Source of the DNA: Candidatus Omnitrophota bacterium | Lineage (GTDB): Bacteria > Omnitrophota > Gorgyraeia > Gygaellales > Profunditerraquicolaceae | Reading direction: 5' to 3' | Assembly (NCBI GenBank): GCA_028718225.1 | Contig: JAQUMI010000003.1 | Coordinates: forward strand, 1-62,270 | Length of the DNA stretch: 62,270 bases | Shown: in pieces, positions 18,005 through 27,404 of the stretch | Numbering within the stretch: position 1 is the stretch's first letter | Layout of the letters: the number at the start of each line of letters is the position of its first letter | Made by a program: the position numbers and the translations under genes | The notes under the pieces: model-generated | What the model was told of the DNA's origin: nothing | What the model saw: the letters and a program-made list of their open reading frames with translations, nothing else | Databases searched by the model: none

Positions 18005-18961
18005 CTACCTGCAGTGAACAACATCCCCGGACATAACCTTTTGGGTTATGCCGTTATCCTTACGGATGAGTAACCCTCCGTCGGTATCTATATCCAATGC
18101 CTCTCCTTCAATATGTTTATGTTGACAATATACCTTTACCCGCCGGCCTAAGGTAGCGTTACTCTGGCGCCATTTTTCCAGAATTTGGCTAGCTCCTTTT
18201 TTCTCCAGAAACAGGTAATTTACTTCGAGTTCCCGCAATATCTCCTGCAACAGACTAACCCGGCTTACTTCTTCCTTTTTTTGCTCCTTTAAGGACGTAG
18301 CGGTGCTAATCAAGGACTTTTTATCATTATTCACATTTATCCCGGCGCTGATAATCACGAAGTCTATCCTATCGGTTTCAGCGATTACCTGCGTCAATAT
18401 ACCACAGAGTTTTTTATTGTTTACCAGCAGGTCGTTGGGCCATTTTATCTGGGAAGTAATGCCGGTTGAGTTTTTCAGCGCAGTACAGATACTTACCGCT
18501 GCCAGGAGGGTCAGGATAGACGCCTGCGTAGGAAGCATACTGGGACGTAAAATTAAAGACATATATAAACCTTTATACTTGGGAGAAAACCAATCCCTGC
18601 CCAGCCTTCCCTTGCCTTTAGTCTGGGATTCTGCCAGAATAAGTGTACCGCTGGCAGCGCCCTTTACCCCCAGGTCCATCGCCATATCTATAGTTGAAGT
18701 TAATGTATCGTAATAGAATATCCTCCTGCCAAAGGTCTTAGTGTTCAGAGAGCGGGAGACTTCAAATTCAAATAACCTGTCGGGGCTGGAAGCAAGACGA
18801 TAGCCCAAGTGCGGAACTGCCTCGATATCATAACCTTTGTCTTTTAATTCCTGTATATGCTTCCAAAGAGCCTGCCGGCTGATGTTTAAATAACTGCTTA
18901 TGTCTTCGCCGGAAACATAAGCTTCTTTTTTCTTCAAGAGATTTAAGATTTTATCCTGCAT
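18005..18961 (-). CDS. birA: bifunctional biotin-[acetyl-CoA-carboxylase] ligase / biotin operon repressor
   Basis: N-terminal wHTH, GKGRLGRDW biotin-binding loop and C-terminal SH3-like tail. Confidence 0.9.
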   Translation of the reverse strand: MQDKILNLLKKKEAYVSGEDISSYLNISRQALWKHIQELKDKGYDIEAVPHLGYRLASSPDRLFEFEVSRSLNTKTFGRRIFYYDTLTSTIDMAMDLGVKGAASGTLILAESQTKGKGRLGRDWFSPKYKGLYMSLILRPSMLPTQASILTLLAAVSICTALKNSTGITSQIKWPNDLLVNNKKLCGILTQVIAETDRIDFVIISAGINVNNDKKSLISTATSLKEQKKEEVSRVSLLQEILRELEVNYLFLEKKGASQILEKWRQSNATLGRRVKVYCQHKHIEGEALDIDTDGGLLIRKDNGITQKVMSGDVVHCR

Positions 18962-19995
18962 TATTTTTTAAGGTACTCCTCGAATTTTTGCCAAAATGGA
19001 TCTGTCCCGGGATGGGTCAGCTTAAACTTATTTTTTCCTTCAACGACAGTAATTCCTTTTTCCTTCTCCACTACTTCTCCGGCGATACTCGCGGGGATAC
19101 CCTCCCTGCTTAGAGCATCTACTGCTTTTTGGGCGTTGGACTTATCAATCGTAGCCAGTAAAGTTCCTTCGCTTATTGCCCGATAAGGATCAATATTAAA
19201 GCATTCACAAGTTTTCTTAACTGTCTCCTGGATTATTATCTTATCCAGCCAGATATGCATACCCACCTGGCTGTGGCCGGCAATTTCATAAAGTCCGCCA
19301 AAAACCCCGCATTCGGTGGCATCATGCATAGCCGTGACTTTTCCGGCTTTTGCTACGATAAGCGCGTCTTTTACCGTAGACATCTGGTAATAAACATCCT
19401 GGGCGCACCTTACGAATTCTTTTCCGAAACGCTTTTCCAGATATTTAGGGAAATACGCCGCCATCAATCCGGTAGTTTCGATTGCCGCTCCTTTAGAGAT
19501 AATGACCGCGTCCCCTATTTTTGCCTGGGGCCTGACCAGTTTTTCTTTTTTATCAATACCAAAAACGGTTGCTCCGCCGACAAAAGGATAATTACACCCT
19601 GCGTAGCGGGCAGTATGCCCGGTCACTATGGAGATGCCCAGTTTTTTGCACTCGCTATCCACCGTATTCCACATACGGATTAATTCATCTTCCGTAATTT
19701 CCGGGGGAAGATTTAAATCCACGGCTAAATATCTGGGCGCGATACCGCTAACCGCTACATCGCTGGCTAATATATGCACGGCAAACCAGGCCGCTTTTTC
19801 CATACCCAGACCAGCAGCGATATAAAAAGGATCTGTAGATAGAACCATGACCCTATCTCCCAGGTCAACCACGCCAAAGTCAACCCCGGAAAAAGGCTTA
19901 ACTATGACCGACGAATCAGGATTACCTAGTTTCGGATAAATGAACTTAGTGAAAAATTCAGGATGGATTTTACCTAACGCGGGCAACTCGCTCAT
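18961..19995 (-). CDS. AIR synthase-related protein (PurM/ThiL/HypE/SelD superfamily)
   Basis: DFGVVDLGDRVMVLSTDPF and ...VTGHTARY... PurM-fold patterns. Lacks the C-terminal Cys motif of HypE. Confidence 0.7.
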   Translation of the reverse strand: MSELPALGKIHPEFFTKFIYPKLGNPDSSVIVKPFSGVDFGVVDLGDRVMVLSTDPFYIAAGLGMEKAAWFAVHILASDVAVSGIAPRYLAVDLNLPPEITEDELIRMWNTVDSECKKLGISIVTGHTARYAGCNYPFVGGATVFGIDKKEKLVRPQAKIGDAVIISKGAAIETTGLMAAYFPKYLEKRFGKEFVRCAQDVYYQMSTVKDALIVAKAGKVTAMHDATECGVFGGLYEIAGHSQVGMHIWLDKIIIQETVKKTCECFNIDPYRAISEGTLLATIDKSNAQKAVDALSREGIPASIAGEVVEKEKGITVVEGKNKFKLTHPGTDPFWQKFEEYLKK

Positions 19996-21155
19996 TTTTT
20001 TTCATACAGCGGAGACATAGCGCGCAGCTTTTCAACTACTTTAGGCAGGTTCTCCAGTAAAAATTTTATATCCTGCTCTTTGGTCCATCTGCCCATACTG
20101 ATTCTAAGAGAACCGTGAGCAGTCGCATGGTCCAGGCCAATAGCCAAGAGCACGTGTGATGGCTCCAAAGAACTGGAAGTGCAGGCTGAACCGGTGGAAA
20201 CGGCAATCCCGAGCATATCCAAACTTAAAAGGATAGACTCCCCTTCTATATATTTTATGGAAAAATTGACGTTATTGGGCAGCCGCAGCTGAGGATGACC
20301 GTTAAGCCGGACATCGGGAATTTTTTCAGGTATTTCTTGGATTAATTTACCACGTAAAACTGCCAAGGTTTTTGCTTCTCTGCCCATATCCTTAGCGCAT
20401 AATTCTACTGCCTTGGCTAAACCGACTATACCGGGAACATTGTGCGTGGAAGCGCGCCTGTCTCTCTCCTGGTCTCCGCCGCATAAAAATCTGCCGATAC
20501 GCACCCCTTTTCTAATATACAATGCGCCGACGCCTTTCGGGCCGTAAAACTTATGGCTGGAGAGCGATAGGAGGTCAACACTCAGCTCATTAACATTTAC
20601 CGGAATGTGGCCGACAGTCTGCACCGCATCGGTATGAAAATAAATTCCCCTTTCCCTAGCGATCTTACCGATTGAGGAAATAGGCTGGATTGTCCCGATT
20701 TCGTTATTGGCGTGCATAATGGAAATAAGGATTGTTTTATCGGTGATCGCTTTTTTGACTTCATCGGGAGAAACCAATCCGTCTCTATCCACTCCCACAT
20801 AAGTGATCTGAAAACCCTTTTTTTCCAATACCTTACAAGGCTCAATTATGGCGTGGTGTTCTACGGCGGAGGTGATAATATGGTTACCTTTATCCGCTAA
20901 GGCATCGGCCACTCCGAAAATAACATTATTATTGGATTCGGTGCCCCCGGAAGTAAAGATTACTTCTTCAGGCCTGGCTCCTAAAAATTCAGCAGTCGCT
21001 GCGCGGCTATCTTCCAGCGCCTTTTTAGCCTCTTGCCCATAAGCGTGCAGACTGGAGGCATTACCGAACTTCCCAAAAAAATACGGCTCCATGGCTTTTG
21101 CTACTTCCGGGTCACAGGGAGCGGTGGCCGCGTAATCCAGATAAACCTTTTTCAT
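19992..21155 (-). CDS. nifS: cysteine desulfurase (NifS/IscS class)
   Basis: PLP-lysine motif SSHKFYGPKG and active-site loop GSACTS. Confidence 0.9.
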   Translation of the reverse strand: MKKVYLDYAATAPCDPEVAKAMEPYFFGKFGNASSLHAYGQEAKKALEDSRAATAEFLGARPEEVIFTSGGTESNNNVIFGVADALADKGNHIITSAVEHHAIIEPCKVLEKKGFQITYVGVDRDGLVSPDEVKKAITDKTILISIMHANNEIGTIQPISSIGKIARERGIYFHTDAVQTVGHIPVNVNELSVDLLSLSSHKFYGPKGVGALYIRKGVRIGRFLCGGDQERDRRASTHNVPGIVGLAKAVELCAKDMGREAKTLAVLRGKLIQEIPEKIPDVRLNGHPQLRLPNNVNFSIKYIEGESILLSLDMLGIAVSTGSACTSSSLEPSHVLLAIGLDHATAHGSLRISMGRWTKEQDIKFLLENLPKVVEKLRAMSPLYEKK

Positions 21156-21958
21156 CTCCTAATCACCTCGTTTAAACTGCCGGTGCGATAACCTTCCATA
21201 TCCGCAGTTATATAATTATAACCTAGTTTTTTTAATTTGTCGACTATGCTTTGGCGCTTACTGACCAACCGGCCAATTTCTTTTTCCGGCACTTCCAGAC
21301 GGCAAAGACCGTTGTAATGCCTGACCCTGACCTGGCTAAAGTTTAACCCCCTTAAAACCCCCTCTGCCTTATTGATGCGTTCAAGTATGGGTTGAGAAAT
21401 CCGCACTCCGTAAGGAATGCGCGAAGCTAGGCACGCCTGAGCCGGCTTATTCCAGGTCTTCAGGCCCAGCTTTTTACTTAAAGCCCGGATATCCGCTTTA
21501 GTAAACCCCGCTTCCTGCAGCGGAGAACGCACCTGCAATTCTTTTTTCGCTCTTTCGCCCGGTCGAAAATCGGTTTTATCCGAAAGGTTGCTTGCATCAA
21601 AAATAAATTTAAGCTTACCTTTACGGGCCAGAGTTTTTAACTTTATAAAAAGCCTTTTTTTACAGAAATAACAACGGTCAGGGGTATTGGAAACAAATTT
21701 TTTATCTTTTAGTTCGGATGTCTTGATTATCTTATGTTTTGCCCCGAATTTACGCGTTATTTCCTGCGCCAACAATAGTTCTTCCTTTGGGTACGTTAAA
21801 GATCTGGCGGTAACCGCAAGAATCTTATTCTTCGGGAGAGCGGATAAAGCGGTTTTCAACAAAAGCGTGCTATCTACGCCACCGGAAAAAGCTATCAGGC
21901 AAGAACCGCTCTTCTTAAGTATTTTCCTAAGTTTGAATAATTTATTTTTAAGCTGCAT
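21152..21958 (-). CDS. LarE-like PP-loop ATP-dependent sulfur transferase (TIGR00268-type)
   Basis: Start moved to MQLKNKLFKL..., because the longer ORF overlaps the upstream gene. SGGVDSTLL PP-loop and QACLASRIPYG Cys motif as in LarE. Confidence 0.7.
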   Translation of the reverse strand: MQLKNKLFKLRKILKKSGSCLIAFSGGVDSTLLLKTALSALPKNKILAVTARSLTYPKEELLLAQEITRKFGAKHKIIKTSELKDKKFVSNTPDRCYFCKKRLFIKLKTLARKGKLKFIFDASNLSDKTDFRPGERAKKELQVRSPLQEAGFTKADIRALSKKLGLKTWNKPAQACLASRIPYGVRISQPILERINKAEGVLRGLNFSQVRVRHYNGLCRLEVPEKEIGRLVSKRQSIVDKLKKLGYNYITADMEGYRTGSLNEVIRR

Positions 21959-21965
21959 TGAATCC

Positions 21966-22373
21966 TTAAAAATGCACTTCCATCGCGCGCGGCGGACAAA
22001 TCTTGACGCAGAGCTCACAGGCAATACACTTTTTATTATTAAAGAGTACCTTGCGCGTCTGGGGATCAACTATCAGGGCCTCAGTCGGGCAGATCGGCAC
22101 GCATACACCGCAGTTTGTACATTTTTTATCGTTCCTGACTACATCCTGGCTTAAGGACTGGATGCGCACCCCGCAGGATTGCAGGTATTCTACTCCTTTG
22201 TCAAAGTTTTCTCTCTTACCGGTCAATTCCAAGACCATCAACCCTTCTTCGTTCGGGGTGACAAAGGCCTTAAGGATATTAAACTGCAGGTTAAATTCTT
22301 TGACCAGATTATATACTATAGGCTGGTCAACCAAGCGATGCGGAAAATGCAAGACTATTCTCTTAGAGACCAT
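21966..22373 (-). CDS. NIL domain - 2x[4Fe-4S] ferredoxin fusion (MA1822-like)
   Basis: N-terminal NIL-like pattern (QPIVYNLVKEFNLQFNILKA), C-terminal CTNCGVCVPICP and CIACELCVKICP. Confidence 0.75.
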   Translation of the reverse strand: MVSKRIVLHFPHRLVDQPIVYNLVKEFNLQFNILKAFVTPNEEGLMVLELTGKRENFDKGVEYLQSCGVRIQSLSQDVVRNDKKCTNCGVCVPICPTEALIVDPQTRKVLFNNKKCIACELCVKICPPRAMEVHF

Positions 22374-22375
22374 GC

Positions 22376-23590
22376 TTACACCTCTTTTTTAACAATTTGA
22401 CGCTCCTTAAGCATTTTAAAAGTATAACCGGACTCCTTCCCCGGTAATTTTGCTACCGGCTCGGTTAAGAGAAAATCGCCTTTTTTGATCCAGGACTTTA
22501 ACTCTTCGGAAATTTCACGGGCTTTAGAATAACTGGAAAGGTTCCCGGTGGCAACCTCTTTACCTTTAACAACTATTTTACCGGTCTTAAGCTGCGCATA
22601 ATTGACCTCACCTAAAGATTGGGCCAGGCACTGCGGATAATTCTGGCCGTAGTCTACGATTTGAGTATAAATATCCTCGTCTTTTGCCGCAGCCGCTAAA
22701 AGCGTCTCTTCATCAAGGATGGGGATCGGTACACCGATACCCACAATAAGCGTAACCCCGTAGCCAAGCATACTCGTTCCTACGAGCCACTCTGGTTTCA
22801 TTTGTTTTAAATCGCCGATAACTGCCAAGGTCCCGGCAGGGGCTTGCGGTATTCCGTTTTTTTTACGCGCTACTTGCGGGTTATGCTGGGTTCCCTGCCA
22901 GACAACGTAACCTATGCCGCCGCCCAAGAAAATCTTGGTCCCGATGCCGATTTGGCGGTATCCGGGATCTTTAAGCAGCGGGGAAAGTTGCCCCGCTGAA
23001 CAGTAATTGGCATTACCCAGGCTGGGTTTAAGCATGCCCATATAAGTATAAATAGTCTTATCCGATAAATTTACCGCCACATTATAATTTTGATAGGCGT
23101 TGCGGATATTAAATAAGACTGCCTCATTTAAATCTTTTATATTGATAAGTGTTTCGATCTTTTTACGCGGATAACAATCCGTGCCGTAAGCAGTGGCTTC
23201 TAAACGGACGTCGCTGCCCGCTACTAATTCCTGGATGACATGGGCCCCTCCGTATTTAAATTCCCCCGGATAGACTTTATTGCGCGGGTCATCATCAGGA
23301 AGAGCGGTCGCACCGAGGTAAACATCCACTGCCGCAAACCCGGTATAGGCCGGGATATCATTAAAAGTGCAGGTTCCGCCGCCGACTTTTATCCGGGGCC
23401 TGGAGTGCCCGATATTAAAATAAGCTCCGCTTGAACACATCGGACCGAAAGTGCCGGTAGTAACAACATCCACTTCCTGCGCCGCTTTTTTTGCGCCCTT
23501 TTTTTCAACCAGGTCAATGACCTCTTCGGCGGTGACTACGGCTACTTCGCCTTTTTTAATTTTTTCGTTTATTTCTTTAATAGTTTTCAT
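22376..23590 (-). CDS. COG1900 (DUF39/HcyBio) homocysteine-biosynthesis protein (MA1821-like, no CBS domains)
   Basis: 404 aa. N-terminal KTIKEINEKIKKGEVAVVTAEE...VDVVTTGTFGPMCSSGA pattern is characteristic of COG1900. Sits adjacent to the NIL-ferredoxin gene. Confidence 0.75.
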   Translation of the reverse strand: MKTIKEINEKIKKGEVAVVTAEEVIDLVEKKGAKKAAQEVDVVTTGTFGPMCSSGAYFNIGHSRPRIKVGGGTCTFNDIPAYTGFAAVDVYLGATALPDDDPRNKVYPGEFKYGGAHVIQELVAGSDVRLEATAYGTDCYPRKKIETLINIKDLNEAVLFNIRNAYQNYNVAVNLSDKTIYTYMGMLKPSLGNANYCSAGQLSPLLKDPGYRQIGIGTKIFLGGGIGYVVWQGTQHNPQVARKKNGIPQAPAGTLAVIGDLKQMKPEWLVGTSMLGYGVTLIVGIGVPIPILDEETLLAAAAKDEDIYTQIVDYGQNYPQCLAQSLGEVNYAQLKTGKIVVKGKEVATGNLSSYSKAREISEELKSWIKKGDFLLTEPVAKLPGKESGYTFKMLKERQIVKKEV

Positions 23591-23616
23591 CAGTTACCTC
23601 TAATAAAAAATTTTGA

Positions 23617-23838
23617 TTATATTGCCACGACCTCTTTTACCTCCGGGACCTCCTGCTTAATGATCCGCTCAATCCCCATTTTTAAAGTCATTGAACTCAT
23701 CGGACAACATCCGCAACTGCCTTTAAGTTTTAATTTAACCACGCCGCCATCGGTTACCTCAATTAACTCTACATTGCCTCCGTCTGCCTGAAGCATCGGG
23801 CGAACCTTCTCTAACGCCTTTTCAATCCTCTCTCTCAT
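23617..23838 (-). CDS. NifU C-terminal-domain-like Fe-S scaffold/carrier protein
   Basis: 73 aa. ...ADGGNVELIEV...LKGSCGCCPMS... CxxC motif typical of Nfu/NifU-C. Confidence 0.8.
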   Translation of the reverse strand: MRERIEKALEKVRPMLQADGGNVELIEVTDGGVVKLKLKGSCGCCPMSSMTLKMGIERIIKQEVPEVKEVVAI

Positions 23839-23850
23839 TTTAGTCTCCTT

Positions 23851-24774
23851 TTATACGCTAAATAACCCTGTGCTTAAATAACGCTCGCCTGTGTCCGGCA
23901 AGATCACAACGATTAATTTTCCCTTATTCTCTTTCCTCGCGGCAACTCCTAAGGCAGCCGAGACAGCTGCGCCGCTGGAGATTCCGGCTAAAATCCCTTC
24001 TTCTTTGGCCAGCCTTCTGGCGGCTTGCGCAGCGTCAGCATTAGAGACCCGGATTATTTCATCAACAATCTTTAGATTCAGGACCCCGGGGATAAATCCG
24101 GCTCCTATACCCTGGATCTTATGCGCCCCCGGCTTACCTCCGGATAAAACCGCCGAGTCTTCCGGCTCAACCGCAACAGTTTTAATCGACGCCTTTTTCT
24201 TTCTTAAAGCCTCGGCAATACCTGTAATTGTACCACCTGTACCAACTCCTGCAATTAAAATATCGATTTTCCCGTCCGTATCGCGCCAAATCTCCTGTGC
24301 TGTTGTGCGGCGATGGATATCCGGGTTTGCCGGGTTCTCAAATTGCTGCAAAATAAAATAACGTTTATCGCTTTTAGCCAGATCTTCTGCCTTCTTTACC
24401 GCCCCGGGCATGCCTTCTGTCCCGGGAGTAAGGATAATCTCGGCACCAAAAGCGCTAAGGAGCTGGCGGCGTTCAATGCTCATTGTCTCCGGCATAGTTA
24501 AAATCAACCTATACCCCTTGACTGCCGCAACAAAAGCCAGGGCAATCCCGGTATTGCCGCTAGTCGGTTCAATGAGAACCGTATCTTTTTTAATCTTTCC
24601 TTCAATCTCCGCCCGCTCAATCATGCTCAAGCCGATCCTGTCCTTTACCGAAGAACAGGGATTAAAAGATTCAAGCTTTACGGCTATGGCCGCAGGAAGA
24701 TCTTTAGCTAAACGGTTAAGCTTGACCAGAGGGGTATTGCCAATCAGTTCAGTAATATCTTTAGCTATCTTCAT
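23851..24774 (-). CDS. cysK: cysteine synthase A (O-acetylserine sulfhydrylase)
   Basis: PLP-lysine [21 protein letters not shown] loop. Confidence 0.9.
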   Translation of the reverse strand: MKIAKDITELIGNTPLVKLNRLAKDLPAAIAVKLESFNPCSSVKDRIGLSMIERAEIEGKIKKDTVLIEPTSGNTGIALAFVAAVKGYRLILTMPETMSIERRQLLSAFGAEIILTPGTEGMPGAVKKAEDLAKSDKRYFILQQFENPANPDIHRRTTAQEIWRDTDGKIDILIAGVGTGGTITGIAEALRKKKASIKTVAVEPEDSAVLSGGKPGAHKIQGIGAGFIPGVLNLKIVDEIIRVSNADAAQAARRLAKEEGILAGISSGAAVSAALGVAARKENKGKLIVVILPDTGERYLSTGLFSV

Positions 24775-25215
24775 TTAAATTTGATAAGTAAAAGCCTTAT
24801 TCATCTTCTTAGACTTCTTAAGCAGGTCTTCAAAAGTCACGTTGTCTATAATCCTGGAGGCAGAGCGGTTCACTTCTTCCCAGACATCCCTAAAGACGCA
24901 TTTTCCTATATCCTGGCAACCGGAATATTTTTTATCCACGCAGGCAATCGGCTCAACCGGTCCGGCGATAAAACGCGTTACTTCTCCCAGCGTAATTTTC
25001 CCCGGATGCCGGCCTAGAGAATATCCCCCTACCTTACCGCGCCTGCTCTCCACGAATCCCGCCCGTTTTAAATCCAAGAGAATCTGCTCCAGAAACTTGG
25101 TCGGTATATCCAGGCGCTGAGATAAATCATTGATCGCTACCGGGCCATTTCCGAAATGTGCGGCTAAATCCAGAATTGTCTTTAAGGCATAGTCGCTTTT
25201 GTAGGTAATCTTCAT
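24775..25215 (-). CDS. Rrf2-family transcriptional regulator (CymR/IscR-like)
   Basis: N-terminal Rrf2 wHTH pattern (YALKTILDLA...). Directly abuts the cysK start. Confidence 0.85.
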   Translation of the reverse strand: MKITYKSDYALKTILDLAAHFGNGPVAINDLSQRLDIPTKFLEQILLDLKRAGFVESRRGKVGGYSLGRHPGKITLGEVTRFIAGPVEPIACVDKKYSGCQDIGKCVFRDVWEEVNRSASRIIDNVTFEDLLKKSKKMNKAFTYQI

Positions 25216-25223
25216 CTTATTCT

Positions 25224-25275
25224 ATATAATCTCTATTATATTAGTAGAGTATACCTAAAAAAATAAATTTTGTCA
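25224..25275 (-). promoter_or_regulatory. promoter plus candidate Rrf2 operator of the sulfur operon
   Basis: TTGACA (25275-25270), 16-nt spacer, TATACT (25253-25248). Inverted repeat ATATAAT-ctct-ATTATAT (25224-25241) lies between the -10 and the start codon. Confidence 0.45.
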
Positions 25276-25289
25276 AGTAAAAAATATAT

Positions 25290-26189
25290 TTAATGCCGGG
25301 CTACATAACGAAAGGCAGCTAAGCAGGCCTTGGCGCCTTCGCCGGCGGCGATGATAATTTGTTTCTCCGGGACATCCGTGACATCGCCGGCGGCAAAGAT
25401 TCCCGGGCTGCTTGTCTCATTACGGCTATTGACCTTTATTTCACCGCGGCTATTCTTTTCCACGCCTTTTACAAAATCCGCATTGGGGATAAGGCCGATC
25501 TCGACAAATATCCCCTCTACGGGGAGTATCTTTTCTTCTCCCTTATAATTTACTTTTACGGCATTCACCATTTCTGCCCCAAAAACAGCAGTAACTTCAG
25601 TATTATTCAGTATCTCGACATTACGCGCTCCTTCTATTTTCTGGCGCATAAGCGCATCCCCTCCGAGTTTAGGCGTATTATTGATGATATAGGTATATTT
25701 TGCGATCTTTATCAGTTGCAGGGCCGCATCCAGGGCAGAATTGCCCCCGCCGATGATAGCCACATTTTTAGCGCTAAAGAGCGGGCCGTCACAAGTCGCG
25801 CAATAACTGATACCTTTGTTTTTATATTCTTTCTCCCCCGGGACACCGAGTTCTCTTGACCGCTTACCGGAAGCAACAATTACCGCCTTAGCCTGGTAAC
25901 TGGCTTTATTGGTCTTAACCAGTATACCCTCTCCCGCCCCGGTTACTTCAATTACCTCCTCGCCTCCTTTGACACTGGTATTGTAGCTAAACATATGCTC
26001 TTCAAATTTTTCTACCAGGTCCGGACCGGTAATGAATTGATAACCGGTATAATTCCCGATATCGCCGCTCCAGGCGGTCTGGCCTCCGATATCGCCGGTC
26101 ACAACTAAAAAATCCATCTTTTTACGTGCTGCGTATACGCTGGCGGTAATCCCCGCGGGCCCTGCGCCAACAATAATCAAATCATACAT
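25290..26189 (-). CDS. trxB: thioredoxin-disulfide reductase-like flavoprotein
   Basis: GAGPAG FAD motif, CATCDG redox-active disulfide, GGGNSALDAA NAD(P)H motif. Confidence 0.85.
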   Translation of the reverse strand: MYDLIIVGAGPAGITASVYAARKKMDFLVVTGDIGGQTAWSGDIGNYTGYQFITGPDLVEKFEEHMFSYNTSVKGGEEVIEVTGAGEGILVKTNKASYQAKAVIVASGKRSRELGVPGEKEYKNKGISYCATCDGPLFSAKNVAIIGGGNSALDAALQLIKIAKYTYIINNTPKLGGDALMRQKIEGARNVEILNNTEVTAVFGAEMVNAVKVNYKGEEKILPVEGIFVEIGLIPNADFVKGVEKNSRGEIKVNSRNETSSPGIFAAGDVTDVPEKQIIIAAGEGAKACLAAFRYVARH

Positions 26190-26191
26190 AG

Positions 26192-26428
26192 CTATACTCC
26201 CAAGGACTGTTTGATTTTTTCCCGGTCGAAACCCACGATTATCTCGCCTTCAATATCCAATACCGGCACAGCCATCTGCCCGGATTTTTTAACCATTTCA
26301 TCGGCCCTGAGCCGGTCGCTAGAAACATCATAATCTTCAAAAACGATATTATTATCTTTTAAAAACTGCTTGACCCTGATGCACCACGGGCAGGTGGGCG
26401 TGCTGTAAATTTTTACGTTTTTAGCCAT
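26192..26428 (-). CDS. glutaredoxin-like protein (YruB/NrdH-like)
   Basis: 78 aa, TCPWC active site, thioredoxin-fold pattern. Confidence 0.8.
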   Translation of the reverse strand: MAKNVKIYSTPTCPWCIRVKQFLKDNNIVFEDYDVSSDRLRADEMVKKSGQMAVPVLDIEGEIIVGFDREKIKQSLGV

Positions 26429-26439
26429 AGCAATCCTTT

Positions 26440-26916
26440 CTAAAGCAGCTTTTTAGTCTCGATAAGCTGTTTTAAATGACCCTCCTCCTGGACAATCAGG
26501 GTCTCTATTATCTTCACATCATAGTCGGGAACGATTTTCTTTAAACCTTCGTAAAAAACGACTGAATCTTCCTCAAAACGGATGGCTTTTTCTATTGCCT
26601 CCTTATCGGTCTTAACAGCTTTGGCGATTTTTTCGCCTTCATCCTTCTGTGTAAATATATGCTCCCTGGCTAGCGCGCTCATATAAGCATAATATGCATC
26701 GGCATCCTGCCCTTGAGGCTTGAATTCTTGAGTTTTATCCAGTATGCCCTGAAATACCTTAATGTGTTTTTCTTCTTCACCCGCTAAAAACCTAAAAACC
26801 TCCTTAGCTTTCAATACTTTTGATTGCTCAGCCAGCCGGTTATAGAAATCCCTGCCGTTCTTTTCGATCTGGATACCGAGTGCCACGACTTCGCTGCCCG
26901 CAAAAATATTTCCCAT
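26440..26916 (-). CDS. rubrerythrin-like ferritin-fold diiron protein (no rubredoxin domain)
   Basis: Two E...ExxH half-sites: EKNGRDFY...GEEEKH and EEDSVVFY...QEEGH. Confidence 0.65.
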   Translation of the reverse strand: MGNIFAGSEVVALGIQIEKNGRDFYNRLAEQSKVLKAKEVFRFLAGEEEKHIKVFQGILDKTQEFKPQGQDADAYYAYMSALAREHIFTQKDEGEKIAKAVKTDKEAIEKAIRFEEDSVVFYEGLKKIVPDYDVKIIETLIVQEEGHLKQLIETKKLL

Positions 26917-26939
26917 GCTCCCCCCCCTTACCTGCCAGG

Positions 26940-27404
26940 CTACTTTAAATGCTGTGGCGTAAGGTCAATTACTTCTGACACCTCAATAATAATCATATGT
27001 TCGGGATCAGGGAGTAGGACCTCCGGATGCCTGGGATGCCCTTTTACTTCACCGCGGATATTTTTAAGTAATCTCTGGGTCAATCTCCCCGTAATTCTAT
27101 CTTCCCAGGCCTGGAGCGTCTCCGCATCAAGATCCGCTTTGCCTAAGATCCTGGCCTTCCCTTTAAGACAGTAACCGATGAATTTATGCTCATCAAAAGC
27201 AGTAATATTGACGCAAGGGTTGCTCTTGAGATTCTGTAAGGTTTGCCCTCTATAGGCATCCAATAAGAAAATACTCCCCTTCTTATTAATTTTTACTATC
27301 CCCTTACAAGCACTGTGGGGAAAACCCTTACTGTCAATGCTGGAGACAACGACACAACCCTGTTTCTGGAAAAATTGGATAATGTCTTCGCTCAGCGGAT
27401 GCAT
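26940..27404 (-). CDS. pyridoxamine 5'-phosphate oxidase-related FMN-binding protein
   Basis: Split-barrel pattern (GCVVVSSIDSKGFPHSACKG...). Confidence 0.6.
   Translation of the reverse strand: MHPLSEDIIQFFQKQGCVVVSSIDSKGFPHSACKGIVKINKKGSIFLLDAYRGQTLQNLKSNPCVNITAFDEHKFIGYCLKGKARILGKADLDAETLQAWEDRITGRLTQRLLKNIRGEVKGHPRHPEVLLPDPEHMIIIEVSEVIDLTPQHLK

Noticed and set aside
18961-19995. Reading the PurM-like protein as HypE, a maturation factor for the hydrogenase 9 kb away.
   Set aside because: It lacks the C-terminal Cys-containing motif that HypE needs for cyanation. It is also translationally coupled to nifS/larE-like genes rather than to hyp genes.
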